NCBI GenBank assembly: GCA_028695145.1
Contig: JAQVJP010000002.1
Location: 1-63,893, forward strand
Direction: 5' to 3'
Source: Eubacteriales bacterium
GTDB lineage: Bacteria > Bacillota > Clostridia > Saccharofermentanales > UBA5734
Length of the DNA: 63,893 nucleotides
Of this stretch, positions 19,831-29,700 are shown one piece after another. Below the pieces are notes generated by a model, which saw only the letters and a list, made by a program, of their open reading frames with translations, was not told the origin of the DNA and searched no databases. The position numbers and the translations under genes were made by a program. The stretch's first letter is position 1. The number at the start of each line of letters is the position of its first letter.

Positions 19831-20849
19831 TCTTCCAGACTTCTCCTTAACTGTCCACAGGCAGCCATGATATCTGAACCAAGCTCCCGCCTGATTGTAG
19901 CGTTAATCCCTGACTGCATCAATATCTGCATAAATTTCTGCATAGTCTTCTTGTCACTGGACTTGTACCCGCCGCTCTCAAGCTCATTGGCAGCTATGAG
20001 ATTTACATGGCACAGCATCCTGCTCAGCTGTCGTGCGAGTTTCCTGGCATGCTCAGGCTGATCATTGACACCACGGAACATAGTATATTCAAAAGAAATA
20101 CGCCTGCCTGTTTTTTCTATGTGATTACGGCATGCAGCCAACAGCTCTTCGTAGGGGTAAACCCTGGCAATAGGCATAAGCTTCTCGCGAATCTGCTGAT
20201 CAGGCGCATGCAGCGACACAGACAGAGTCACCGGCAGACCTTCATCGGTAAATTTTAGCATGTCAGGTACAAGACCGCAAGTTGAGACTGAAATATGACG
20301 CAGACTGACATTCAAGCCAGCCGGATCGTTGATCATTCTCAGGAATTTCACCAAATTATCGTAATTATCGAGAGGTTCACCTATACCCATAATTACCACA
20401 TGTCCAATACGCTGTCCGCAGTCACGTCCGATTACGGAAACCTGCGCCAGCATTTCACCTGCAGTCAAATCACGACCGAAACCGGCACCGGTCGAAGCAC
20501 AAAAAGTACAACCCATTTTACAGCCTGCTTGCGACGACAAACATACAGAATAACCATGCTTATATTTCATCAGCACGCTTTCGATAATATTGCCGTCATG
20601 AAGCCTGAATATATATTTTGTTGTACCATCTATCTGGGAAATTAGTTTATTTACGAGTTCAAGGCCACCAAAAACAAACTCTTTTTCAAGCCGTCCACGT
20701 AGATCTTTTGAGATATTTGTCATTTCCTCAGCAGTTGTTATGCCTCTGGTTGACCACTGATAAATCTGAGCAGCTCTGTAGGCAGGCAGCTGCTGGTCAC
20801 GAACCCATTGCTGCCAATCAGATATTGCGAAATCATAGAAATTTTTCAT
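19815..20849 (-). CDS. rlmN: Dual-specificity RNA methyltransferase RlmN
   Basis: CKMGCTFC radical SAM motif, MGIGEP, AACGQL. Confidence 0.96.
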   Translation of the reverse strand: MKNFYDFAISDWQQWVRDQQLPAYRAAQIYQWSTRGITTAEEMTNISKDLRGRLEKEFVFGGLELVNKLISQIDGTTKYIFRLHDGNIIESVLMKYKHGYSVCLSSQAGCKMGCTFCASTGAGFGRDLTAGEMLAQVSVIGRDCGQRIGHVVIMGIGEPLDNYDNLVKFLRMINDPAGLNVSLRHISVSTCGLVPDMLKFTDEGLPVTLSVSLHAPDQQIREKLMPIARVYPYEELLAACRNHIEKTGRRISFEYTMFRGVNDQPEHARKLARQLSRMLCHVNLIAANELESGGYKSSDKKTMQKFMQILMQSGINATIRRELGSDIMAACGQLRRSLEECGKQ

Positions 20850-20868
20850 GAGAATGCCTCATCTCCTG

Positions 20869-22269
20869 TTATTCTTCAAACTTGCGTATCAATTTGCTGA
20901 TAAAAAACCCATCAGTCCGATGTTTGTGCGGCAGCAGCTGCAGGTGCCCCTTTTGAGCTTGAATTTTAATCTCAGGATCAGTCAGCTTCATAGATCCCGG
21001 TATAAGTTCCTCGAAGCCGCATGCGCTGAATTGTTTACCAATCTCAGTATCCGTCAGCAGCCAATCGATCTGCCTTTCATTTTCTTCCGGATTGATTGTA
21101 CAAGTACTATAAACAAGTAAGCCGCCGGCTTTTACCAGTTTAGCGGCGTTCAATAATATTTCACGCTGCAGCTTGATCAGCTCCTGGATTGATTCAAAAG
21201 ACATATTAAAACGTAATTCAGGCTTACGCCCAAGAAGACCAAGTCCGCTACAAGGAACATCAGTTATAACTAAATCAAATTGCCTGCCATCTCCCGACCA
21301 CGTCAAGGCGTCAGCTTCAATGGCTGTGATCGATCTGAGGTTAAGCCTCTCAGCTTGCTTTTTGATTAACTCCACCCTGTGAGGTTTAAGATCAAGAGCT
21401 GTAATCGCGGCACGATCATCTGACAACTCAGCAAGATGTGTCGTTTTGCCCCCAGGAGCGGCACACATATCAAGTATTTCCATTTCAGGAGCAGGCTTAG
21501 CGATTACAGATACAAGCATTGCCGCCTCATCCTGTGCAGTGACAAGGCCATCCTGCCAGGCAATTAAATCACGTAGATTATTACCCGCAAGCTTAAGTCT
21601 TAAGGCCTCAGGCAGATATAATCCGGCCGATGCTTCAAGGCCATCCTCCAGCCAGCCGTTTAGCAGCTCACGAGAATCCGCTTCACGTCTATTGACACGA
21701 AGAGTTGTCCAGGGCTGCGGAGCGAGATATGCCTCGGCCAGAGCCGCTGCCTCGTCGCGTCCATACCACTTCTTCATAAGACCATAGAGCCAGGTTGGCA
21801 AACCAAACTTCAGAGCTTCAAGACGTTTCGGAATTTCCGGCTTTAGACGCAGCCAATTACGCAGTACCGCATTGACATAAGAAGCACCGCCTCCATGTGC
21901 CAGCGTTCCGGCAAGCTTCACGCTCTCGTTTACAGCCGCTGACTCAGGGATATTGTACGCCTTTGTCAGCTGCCACAGGCCTAAACGCAGAATTGTTCTA
22001 ATCCAAGGATCAAGTTTAGCAATGGGCTTATCTGAAATGCTGCTGATATGCCAATCTATTGTTGCCAGCCAGCTGATTGTCCCATATACGGCCGCAGTAG
22101 CGTATGCCCTGTCGCGGCTATCGAGATCTGGATTCTCAAGCATAGCAAGGGCGCTTATATTGGAATAAGCTCCCTCTTCAAGAACACTGTATAATAAGCG
22201 GCAGGCCGCAAGTCTGGCCGGATCAACCGCAGCGCGCCCATCTCTTCTATAATTATTATCTGCGGCCAT
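20869..22269 (-). CDS. rsmB: 16S rRNA m5C967 methyltransferase
   Basis: NusB-like N domain, DMCAAPGGKT, DVPCSGLG, YSTCT. Confidence 0.95.
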   Translation of the reverse strand: MAADNNYRRDGRAAVDPARLAACRLLYSVLEEGAYSNISALAMLENPDLDSRDRAYATAAVYGTISWLATIDWHISSISDKPIAKLDPWIRTILRLGLWQLTKAYNIPESAAVNESVKLAGTLAHGGGASYVNAVLRNWLRLKPEIPKRLEALKFGLPTWLYGLMKKWYGRDEAAALAEAYLAPQPWTTLRVNRREADSRELLNGWLEDGLEASAGLYLPEALRLKLAGNNLRDLIAWQDGLVTAQDEAAMLVSVIAKPAPEMEILDMCAAPGGKTTHLAELSDDRAAITALDLKPHRVELIKKQAERLNLRSITAIEADALTWSGDGRQFDLVITDVPCSGLGLLGRKPELRFNMSFESIQELIKLQREILLNAAKLVKAGGLLVYSTCTINPEENERQIDWLLTDTEIGKQFSACGFEELIPGSMKLTDPEIKIQAQKGHLQLLPHKHRTDGFFISKLIRKFEE

Positions 22270-22984
22270 TTCTGCCTCTGGATAGGAGAACCAGCCTAAG
22301 CAACGACGCGAAAGCCGTCAAAGCTGATGCCACATAAGTCATGGCGGCCGCGTTGAGAACCTTGCGTGCGCCACGTAGTTCCTCAGAACCAAGTATGCCC
22401 TGGTCCTCAAGCAGTCGCATCGCTCGGGAACTGGCATTGAACTCCACAGGAAGAGTAATAAGGTAAAACAAAAAAGCTCCGGCGAAGAGGACTATACCTA
22501 TTTCCGTAAGGAACGGCAAGCCCAGAAATATGCCAAAGATAGCCATATACGGACCGACAGAAGAACCTATCTGAGCTACGGGCACCAGAGCGCCACGTAT
22601 TTTGTTCGGAATGTAGCCAACCGCATGTTGAACAGCATGACCGGCTTCATGCGCGGCAACACCGATCGCGGCTATCGAATTGTCACCATAAGTCGACTCC
22701 GATAATCTGAGCACATTAGCACGCGGATCGAAATGATCCGTCAGCTGACCTCGTATGCCTTCTATATTTACCTGACGCAGACCGTTCTGATCCAAAATAC
22801 GACGGGCAGCCGTCAGACCGGTATAGCCACTCTGCGCTCTGACACCGCTATATTTGGCAAAAGTCGACTTAACTCTGCTCTGTGCGAACATCGCAAGGAG
22901 GATAGTCGGTAAAACCAGAATAAAATACCATGAATCGAGGCCGTAAAGCATACCACCAAAACCACCCCACATAGTTAGCATCAT
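22256..22984 (-). CDS. Membrane zinc metallopeptidase (YugP-like)
   Basis: LTDHFDP, AAHEAGHAVQH (HExxH), TLPVEFNAS, AAAMTYV. Confidence 0.9.
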   Translation of the reverse strand: MMLTMWGGFGGMLYGLDSWYFILVLPTILLAMFAQSRVKSTFAKYSGVRAQSGYTGLTAARRILDQNGLRQVNIEGIRGQLTDHFDPRANVLRLSESTYGDNSIAAIGVAAHEAGHAVQHAVGYIPNKIRGALVPVAQIGSSVGPYMAIFGIFLGLPFLTEIGIVLFAGAFLFYLITLPVEFNASSRAMRLLEDQGILGSEELRGARKVLNAAAMTYVASALTAFASLLRLVLLSRGRNGRR

Positions 22985-23934
22985 TCTTCGCCTCCCATAA
23001 TCTGACCAAGCGTATAGTTATGTGCGCAGTCGCGGCAATGCATTCTTCTGCCAGACTGGTTCTGTACCTCCAGCAACTCTAATATACCATCACCTGTAGC
23101 CACACGAACAAGACCGCCGCAAGAGCAAATTGTGCCAGGCTCAAGATCAGCAGAGGCTCTGACCAGGTCACGATCATAACAGACCTGACTACGATGAATT
23201 TTCAGTTTCTTGCCACCGCATGTTGTCCAGCTGCCCGGCCAGGGATATAACCCTCTGATTTGATTATGTATCTCACGTGCGGATTTACGCCAATCAATTT
23301 CACCCATATCTCTGCTGAGCATACCAATCTTAATCGCACGATTCTCGTCCTGAGGATAAGGAACAATATCGCCGGATGTATAATCCTTTATCGCCTGCGG
23401 CAGCATCTTCGCTCCAAGAACCGATAATTTTTCAAGCAATGCTGCCGAATCAATGTTTTCCGGTATATGAATTGCCTGTTGTGTCAATATATCACCTGTA
23501 TCCATACCGGCATCCATCATCATAATTGTTATACCGGTTTCATCTTCACCATTTATCAGTGACCACTGAACAGGAGCCGCCCCCCTGTATTTAGGCAGAA
23601 GAGAGGCATGAACATTTAGACAGCCAAGCGCAGGCAAATCAAGTAGATTCTGTGGAAGAATTTTGCCATATGCCGCCGTGACAATCATATCCGGATCAAG
23701 TTCTCGTATTTGTTGTTCTATTTCAGGAGTTCTGAGTCTCGCAGGCTGCAGCACAGGTATATCATATTTCAGTGCCAATTCTTTTACCGGTGGAGCCGTC
23801 AAAATCTGTTTTCTGCCCTGCGGCTTATCCGGCTGGCAAACGACGCCTACTATCGGAAACTTCTTATCAATCAGTGCCTGCAATACAGGTACGGCAAATT
23901 CAGGCGTACCCATAAAGAGGATTTTTATTTTCAT
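22981..23934 (-). CDS. fmt: Methionyl-tRNA formyltransferase
   Basis: FMGTPEFA, NVHASLLPKYRGAAP, MDTGD. Confidence 0.98.
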   Translation of the reverse strand: MKIKILFMGTPEFAVPVLQALIDKKFPIVGVVCQPDKPQGRKQILTAPPVKELALKYDIPVLQPARLRTPEIEQQIRELDPDMIVTAAYGKILPQNLLDLPALGCLNVHASLLPKYRGAAPVQWSLINGEDETGITIMMMDAGMDTGDILTQQAIHIPENIDSAALLEKLSVLGAKMLPQAIKDYTSGDIVPYPQDENRAIKIGMLSRDMGEIDWRKSAREIHNQIRGLYPWPGSWTTCGGKKLKIHRSQVCYDRDLVRASADLEPGTICSCGGLVRVATGDGILELLEVQNQSGRRMHCRDCAHNYTLGQIMGGEE

Positions 23935-24392
23935 TGAGAAAGTAATTCCCCCTTAACTTTGTCTTTGAATAAAATCCCATCAAGATGGTCGTTTTCATGC
24001 GATATACAGACGGCTGTCAGCTCACTTGCTTTTATCTCAAAAGGCTCGCCATTTCTGTCATAAGCTCTCAAAACGAGTTCAGCCGGTCTCTCTACATCAC
24101 CATAACGTCCGGGGATGGAAAGACAGCACTCCTGATATGTTTGAGTGCCTTTTGCGTCCATAATCTGTGGATTAATGGCTACAATCGGTTCATTGCCATC
24201 ATGCAGATCCATTACAAACAAGCGTCTGAGAACACCTACCTGCGGTGCTGCCAGGCCAATACCGTTACTTGCGTACATAGTTTCAAACATGTCATCAATC
24301 AGTGTCTGCAGCCTATCATCAAAATTAGTTATTTCTCTGCTCTTCTTGCGCAGAGTCTCATCTCCATCAATCAATACTTGTCTTAAAGCCAT
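23931..24392 (-). CDS. def: Peptide deformylase
   Basis: GIGLAAPQ, ECCLS (variant of EGCLS), HENDHLDG; between priA and fmt. Confidence 0.95.
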   Translation of the reverse strand: MALRQVLIDGDETLRKKSREITNFDDRLQTLIDDMFETMYASNGIGLAAPQVGVLRRLFVMDLHDGNEPIVAINPQIMDAKGTQTYQECCLSIPGRYGDVERPAELVLRAYDRNGEPFEIKASELTAVCISHENDHLDGILFKDKVKGELLSQ

Positions 24393-24467
24393 AATCAATC
24401 ATTCCTTCAATTATATTCTTGCACGTTTATTTCGTGCTTCAAGCTGTTAAGTCCACAGGACATTATA

Positions 24468-26780
24468 TCACAGCATCTGCCAGGGATCGACATCGATAGT
24501 TACAGTAAGCGGCGCCATATCCTCAGCGCCAACAGTATGAGCCATGAACTCTGCTATCGCTGCCTGATGCTCGCCATAAAGCAGTATACGCCAGCGATAA
24601 CGACCGCGAATACGCGATAGGGGGGCTCTGCCTGGCTCAGTCAGACTGATGCGCAGAAAATCCGGATTATCATTTTGCCATTTAAGCATAGCGCGATAGA
24701 GACGATCAATCCGATCTCGAACCTCATTATCATTTGCACCGGCCAGCACAATCAGACCGATCGAGCCAAACGGTGGGTATTTCATCATTTTTCGAAACGC
24801 GATTTCCTGCTTATAAAAAGCTTCATAATCCTGAGCGGCGGCGGCCTGAATCGCGTAATCATCTGTATTATATGCTTGGATTATTACCTGACCGGCTTCA
24901 CTTGCTCTGCCGGCACGTCCGGCGGCCTGAACAATCAGCTGAAAAGCACGCTCAGATGCTCGGAAGTCGGACATGCCAAGCAGCTGATCGGCAGCAAGAA
25001 TCCCCACAACAGTAACATTAGGGAAATCGTGGCCTTTTGCGATCATCTGTGTACCGATCAGTATATCAGCTTCGTGATCAGCAAATTTTTTCAATATCTG
25101 CGCGTGTGCGCTGCGCCCTGCGGTAGTATCCTGATCCATTCGCAAGGTTCTGATACCGGGAAAAGCTCGCGCCAGGTGTTCCTCTACCTGTTGGGTGCCT
25201 ACACCAAATCTACCAATCTGGCTGCTGCCGCAAACAGGACATTTTTTGGGCATACGCGTGATTTTACCGCAATAATGACAAATCAGCTGCTCCTGTTGTT
25301 CAGAGCGCCGTGGGTCATAGCCCGAGGACCTATCAAGCGAAGCATGGTTTGTCATCGAAACACTACAGGTATTACATTTAACAGTTTGACCACAGGAACG
25401 ACAGAGTACAAAACCAGAGTGACCTCTGCGATTAATAAAAATCATTGCTTGTTGTTTCTGTTCTTGAATATTCCTGAGAGCCTGTTGTAAAGGGTAACTG
25501 AAAATAGTACGGTTGCCGTCACGCAGTTCCTGACGCATGTCCGCGATAATCGTTCGCGGAAGCCCGGCACTGCCGATACGCTCCGGCAGACCAAGCAAAA
25601 TGGAACGGCCACTTTGTGATCTGTAATAGCTCTCAACAGACGGAGTAGCAGATCCAAGTACCAGTGCTGAATGGTGCATGTATGCACGCATACGGGCAAT
25701 ATCTCTTGCATGATAACGCGGATGAGTTTCAGATTTATAGCTGCCCTCCTGCTCCTCATCCAGTATAATCAGACCTATCGATTTGAGCGGAGCAAATATT
25801 GCTGATCTTGCTCCAACTACAAGCAGCACTTCTTCACGTAATATTCTCTGCCATTGCTCATAGCGCTCTGCCGGTGTCAATCGACTATGCAATACCGCAA
25901 CCTTATTACCAAAACGCGATTTGATTCTGGCAACCATCTGTGGCGTCAGAGAAATTTCCGGTACGAGTATGATAACACCCTTGCCATCTGCCAGTGCCTG
26001 ACGAGCACTCTGCAAATAGACCTCAGTCTTGCCGCTACCGGTAATTCCGTACAGCAGACACTCTTGCCAGCTGAATTGTTCCGAGGCCTGGATCATGCTC
26101 TCACAAATCCTATTTACCGCCGTTTCCTGTGCGTCATTAAGCTTAAAATCAGGCTGTATTGCCGGCAGATTTAGATCATCTTCAAGTTCACGTCTGACTT
26201 CTCCCCGGAAGAAGCTGATAAGCCCCTTCTTCTCAAGTGTTTTCAATACTGCCGCGCTTACCTGACATGCGGACTGTAGCTCATAGGTCGGTATGCTTTC
26301 ATAATCAAGCAACATTTGGATGACACGAACATGCCCAAGACGATCTATCTCTCCGGAAGACAGGCGGGCTGCCGCTTCTGTCGGGTCGACAAGCGCAGCG
26401 AAACGAACCATTCGATCACCAACGCTCATAACTGTAGAAGGTGTCATGCAGCGCAGTGCGGCACCATAAGTACAAAGATATCTCTCACGCATCTTAACAG
26501 CTAACTCAATTTGATCATCTGTCAAAACCGGTCGGTCGGATTTTATTTTTACCAGTGGTTTAATGTAAAAATCACTTGGCGGCTGTGATTGCAGCGCGAT
26601 ACAATACGCGTCAACCTGCCTGTTGCCACGGCCAAAAGGAACTTCAACCAGACTGCCCGTAGCTATTTCTGATCTAAGTTCTTCCGGCACCGCATACGTA
26701 TATTCCTGATCGAACTGTCTGGTCGCTTCTTTTAGAACAACACGGCAGTATAGTTTATCATCAGTCATCACAATATCCAC
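24468..26780 (-). CDS. priA: Primosomal protein N' (replication restart helicase)
   Basis: GITGSGKTEVY, VPEISLTPQ, four CxxC Zn motifs, GTQMIAKGHDFP, QAAGRAGR. Confidence 0.97.
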   Translation of the reverse strand: MDIVMTDDKLYCRVVLKEATRQFDQEYTYAVPEELRSEIATGSLVEVPFGRGNRQVDAYCIALQSQPPSDFYIKPLVKIKSDRPVLTDDQIELAVKMRERYLCTYGAALRCMTPSTVMSVGDRMVRFAALVDPTEAAARLSSGEIDRLGHVRVIQMLLDYESIPTYELQSACQVSAAVLKTLEKKGLISFFRGEVRRELEDDLNLPAIQPDFKLNDAQETAVNRICESMIQASEQFSWQECLLYGITGSGKTEVYLQSARQALADGKGVIILVPEISLTPQMVARIKSRFGNKVAVLHSRLTPAERYEQWQRILREEVLLVVGARSAIFAPLKSIGLIILDEEQEGSYKSETHPRYHARDIARMRAYMHHSALVLGSATPSVESYYRSQSGRSILLGLPERIGSAGLPRTIIADMRQELRDGNRTIFSYPLQQALRNIQEQKQQAMIFINRRGHSGFVLCRSCGQTVKCNTCSVSMTNHASLDRSSGYDPRRSEQQEQLICHYCGKITRMPKKCPVCGSSQIGRFGVGTQQVEEHLARAFPGIRTLRMDQDTTAGRSAHAQILKKFADHEADILIGTQMIAKGHDFPNVTVVGILAADQLLGMSDFRASERAFQLIVQAAGRAGRASEAGQVIIQAYNTDDYAIQAAAAQDYEAFYKQEIAFRKMMKYPPFGSIGLIVLAGANDNEVRDRIDRLYRAMLKWQNDNPDFLRISLTEPGRAPLSRIRGRYRWRILLYGEHQAAIAEFMAHTVGAEDMAPLTVTIDVDPWQML

Positions 26781-26781
26781 A

Positions 26782-29700
26782 TCAACCCATCATTTCAAAC
26801 AAATTCATCTGTGCCGTATCCGGCATATCCTGCAGACAACCCGAATTTGTCAGTGTCTCAATCGCGCTCTGCCCAACACCAGCCCGACGCATCAGCTCAT
26901 CTTTGGATTTGAATATGCCATCAGCCCTGGCTGCGATAATTGACTGTGCCAGAGAACTGCTGATACCGGGAATAGCGTCAAGCGGCGGCCTTATGAGGCC
27001 AGGCGCCTCTTGAACGAATTTGCTGGCACTCGATTTATAAACATCAAGGGGCAGAAAATCGATGCCTCTGAGCTGCATTTCCTCAACAAGCTCGAGAATA
27101 TAGTATATTTTCTGCTCACGGTCAGGCGATTCACGAAAAAGCTGCCGGCGTCTCTCACGGTCTATTCTTACCTCAGCCGGTGGCCGGCACATAATATTAC
27201 TATCAAACTCATCTGCACGAACTGTGAAATAAGCGCAATAATATGCTTCCGGATAGTAAACCTTGAACCAGGCGATCCGCAATGAAGAAATGGTATAGGC
27301 CGCAGCATGAGCCTTCGGGAACATGTACTTAATCTTCTTGCAGGAATCAATGTACCATTCCGGGACATTATTATCGCGCATAAGCTGTTCATGCTCTTCC
27401 GATAAACCTTTGCCTTTTCTGACTTTTTCCATAATGTCAAAAGCCGCCTTCGGCGGAAGGCCATTATAAATCAGACCGGTCATAATAGTATCACGACAAC
27501 CGATAACTTCATTGATGCTGCAGGTTCCGTTTCTGATCAATTCCTGAGCATTTCCCTTCCAGACATCGGTACCATGCGATAAACCCATAAGCTGCACAAG
27601 GTCATAAAATCTCGATGGTCTTGTTTCCTTGATCATATCTCGTGCCATAAAAGTGCCCATCTCGGGCAGTCCAAGAGTAGCTGAACCGGCGGGCGACTTA
27701 CCGTCCGGTATGCCAAGGGCTTCAGTTGAAGTAAACAATGACATTACCTTCTCATCAGGTATGGGAATTGTATTAACATCAACAGCCGTAAGGTCACCAA
27801 GCATTTTAAGCATAGTTGGATCGTCATGTCCCAAAATATCAAGTTTGAGAATAGTATCATGCATGGCGTTGAAGTCAAAATGCGTAGTTACAGTACCGCC
27901 TTCACGCTTATCAGCAGGATGCTGAATTGGTGTAAAATCGTAAACATCACGTTCTTTTGGCACGACAACTATGCCGCCGGGATGCTGACCGGTTGTTCTT
28001 TTTACTCCGATCAGCCCTTGTGAAAGGCGAAGAACTTCCGCCTTAGTGGCAAATTGTTCCTGCTTCTCAAAATATCCCCGCACCATACCTTGGGCGTTCT
28101 TCTCGGCGAAACTGCCAATTGTACCAGCTCGGAAAGTATGACTTGAGCCAAACATTTCCTCAATGAATCTATGAGCGCGCGGTTGATATTCACCTGAGAA
28201 ATTGAGATCTATATCAGGCTGCTTATCACCATTAAAACCAAGAAAAGTCTCAAAAGGGATATCCTGTCCTTCACGCGTCATCGGACTGCCACAATGGGGG
28301 CAGTCTTGTGCCGGCAGATCATAGCCTGAACCATAATCACCGCTTGTGTCAAATTCAGAATAATGACAATGAGGGCAAACATGATGCGGCGGCAGAGGAT
28401 TAACCTCAGTTATTCCGCAAAAAGTAGCGACAAGTGATGATCCTACAGAACCACGAGAACCAACTATATAACCATCATCATTTGATTTTTTAACCAGCTT
28501 ATGCGCTATATAGTACATGATGGCGAAGCCATTATCGATGATTGAATCGAGCTCCCGTTCTACTCGAGAGCGGACAATATCAGGGATACCACCTTCATAA
28601 CCGTAAATCGAATTTGCGGTATCCCAAGTAAGTTCTCTGACATCATCAGCAGCCGAAGCTATAATCGGCGGAAAAGAACCATCGGGAAAAGGCTTCATAT
28701 CTGCTTTTACCTGATCGGCGATCTTAAGCGGATTGTCCACAGCTACCTCTCTGGCTTTTGCCTGACCAAGATAAGAAAACTCCTGCAGCATTTCTTCTGT
28801 CGTACGGAAATAGAGATCCGGCTGCAGATGAGCATCAGAAAAACCCATATCAGCCATAAGAATTTTCCTGTATTCGCTATCTCTCTTCTCCAGAAAATGA
28901 ACATCACATGTAGCCAGAACAGGTCTTTTTGTTTTTACTCCAAGCTCAACGATCAGCTTATTAAGATTTTTCAGATCGTCTTCACTGTCAATACCACTCT
29001 CAGGATCGCGCAAATAAAATTGATTATTACTGACCGGTTGTATTTCCAGATAATCATAAAAACGTGCCAGTTTAACAAGATCATGATTGCCAAGATGGCT
29101 GTGTGTCTTATCATAGTTTGAGCCATTATCACGATACATTTGCAGCAATTTCTGATAGATTTCGCCGGCCTCACAGGCACTGCCTGTAATTAAACCATGG
29201 CGGAAAAATTGCAATAATGAACGTGGAATGCGCGGACGACTGTGGAAATATTTTGTATGCGATGCTGAAACTAGTCGGTATAGATTATACAGGCCAACAT
29301 AGTCGCGTGCCAGCAAAATGATATGAAAGACTTCTCTTCTATGCGCAAGTATTTGCTCATCACTCTGATGCCCGACAAGTTCATTCAAACGCTGCATACT
29401 GAAGCTGTCCGCCCGCTGCAGTAATGCCAGAAGAGCTTCGCCGCAGGCCAGAGCATCATCTTCAGCACGATGATGCCTGCCCAGATTAACATTAAGTGCT
29501 TCGCAGACATTATTTAATTTGTGGCTGCGCATTTCAGGCATCAAAGCCCGCGACAGTGCCAGCGTATCCACAATCGGCATATTAAACTTGACTCGAGGAT
29601 CAGTCTCCGCGGCAGTACGGAACCCCTCATAGCGCAGGAACCCAAGATCAAAGAAAGCATTATGCGCTACAAGTGCGAAATCGCCGATGAACGCGGCCAG

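Noticed and set aside
24675..25490. 271-aa plus-strand ORF (also 6960-7604, 7940-8506, 29521-30279, 34347-34946 and similar)
   Set aside because: Antisense shadows of well-conserved genes, with no recognisable motifs or SD
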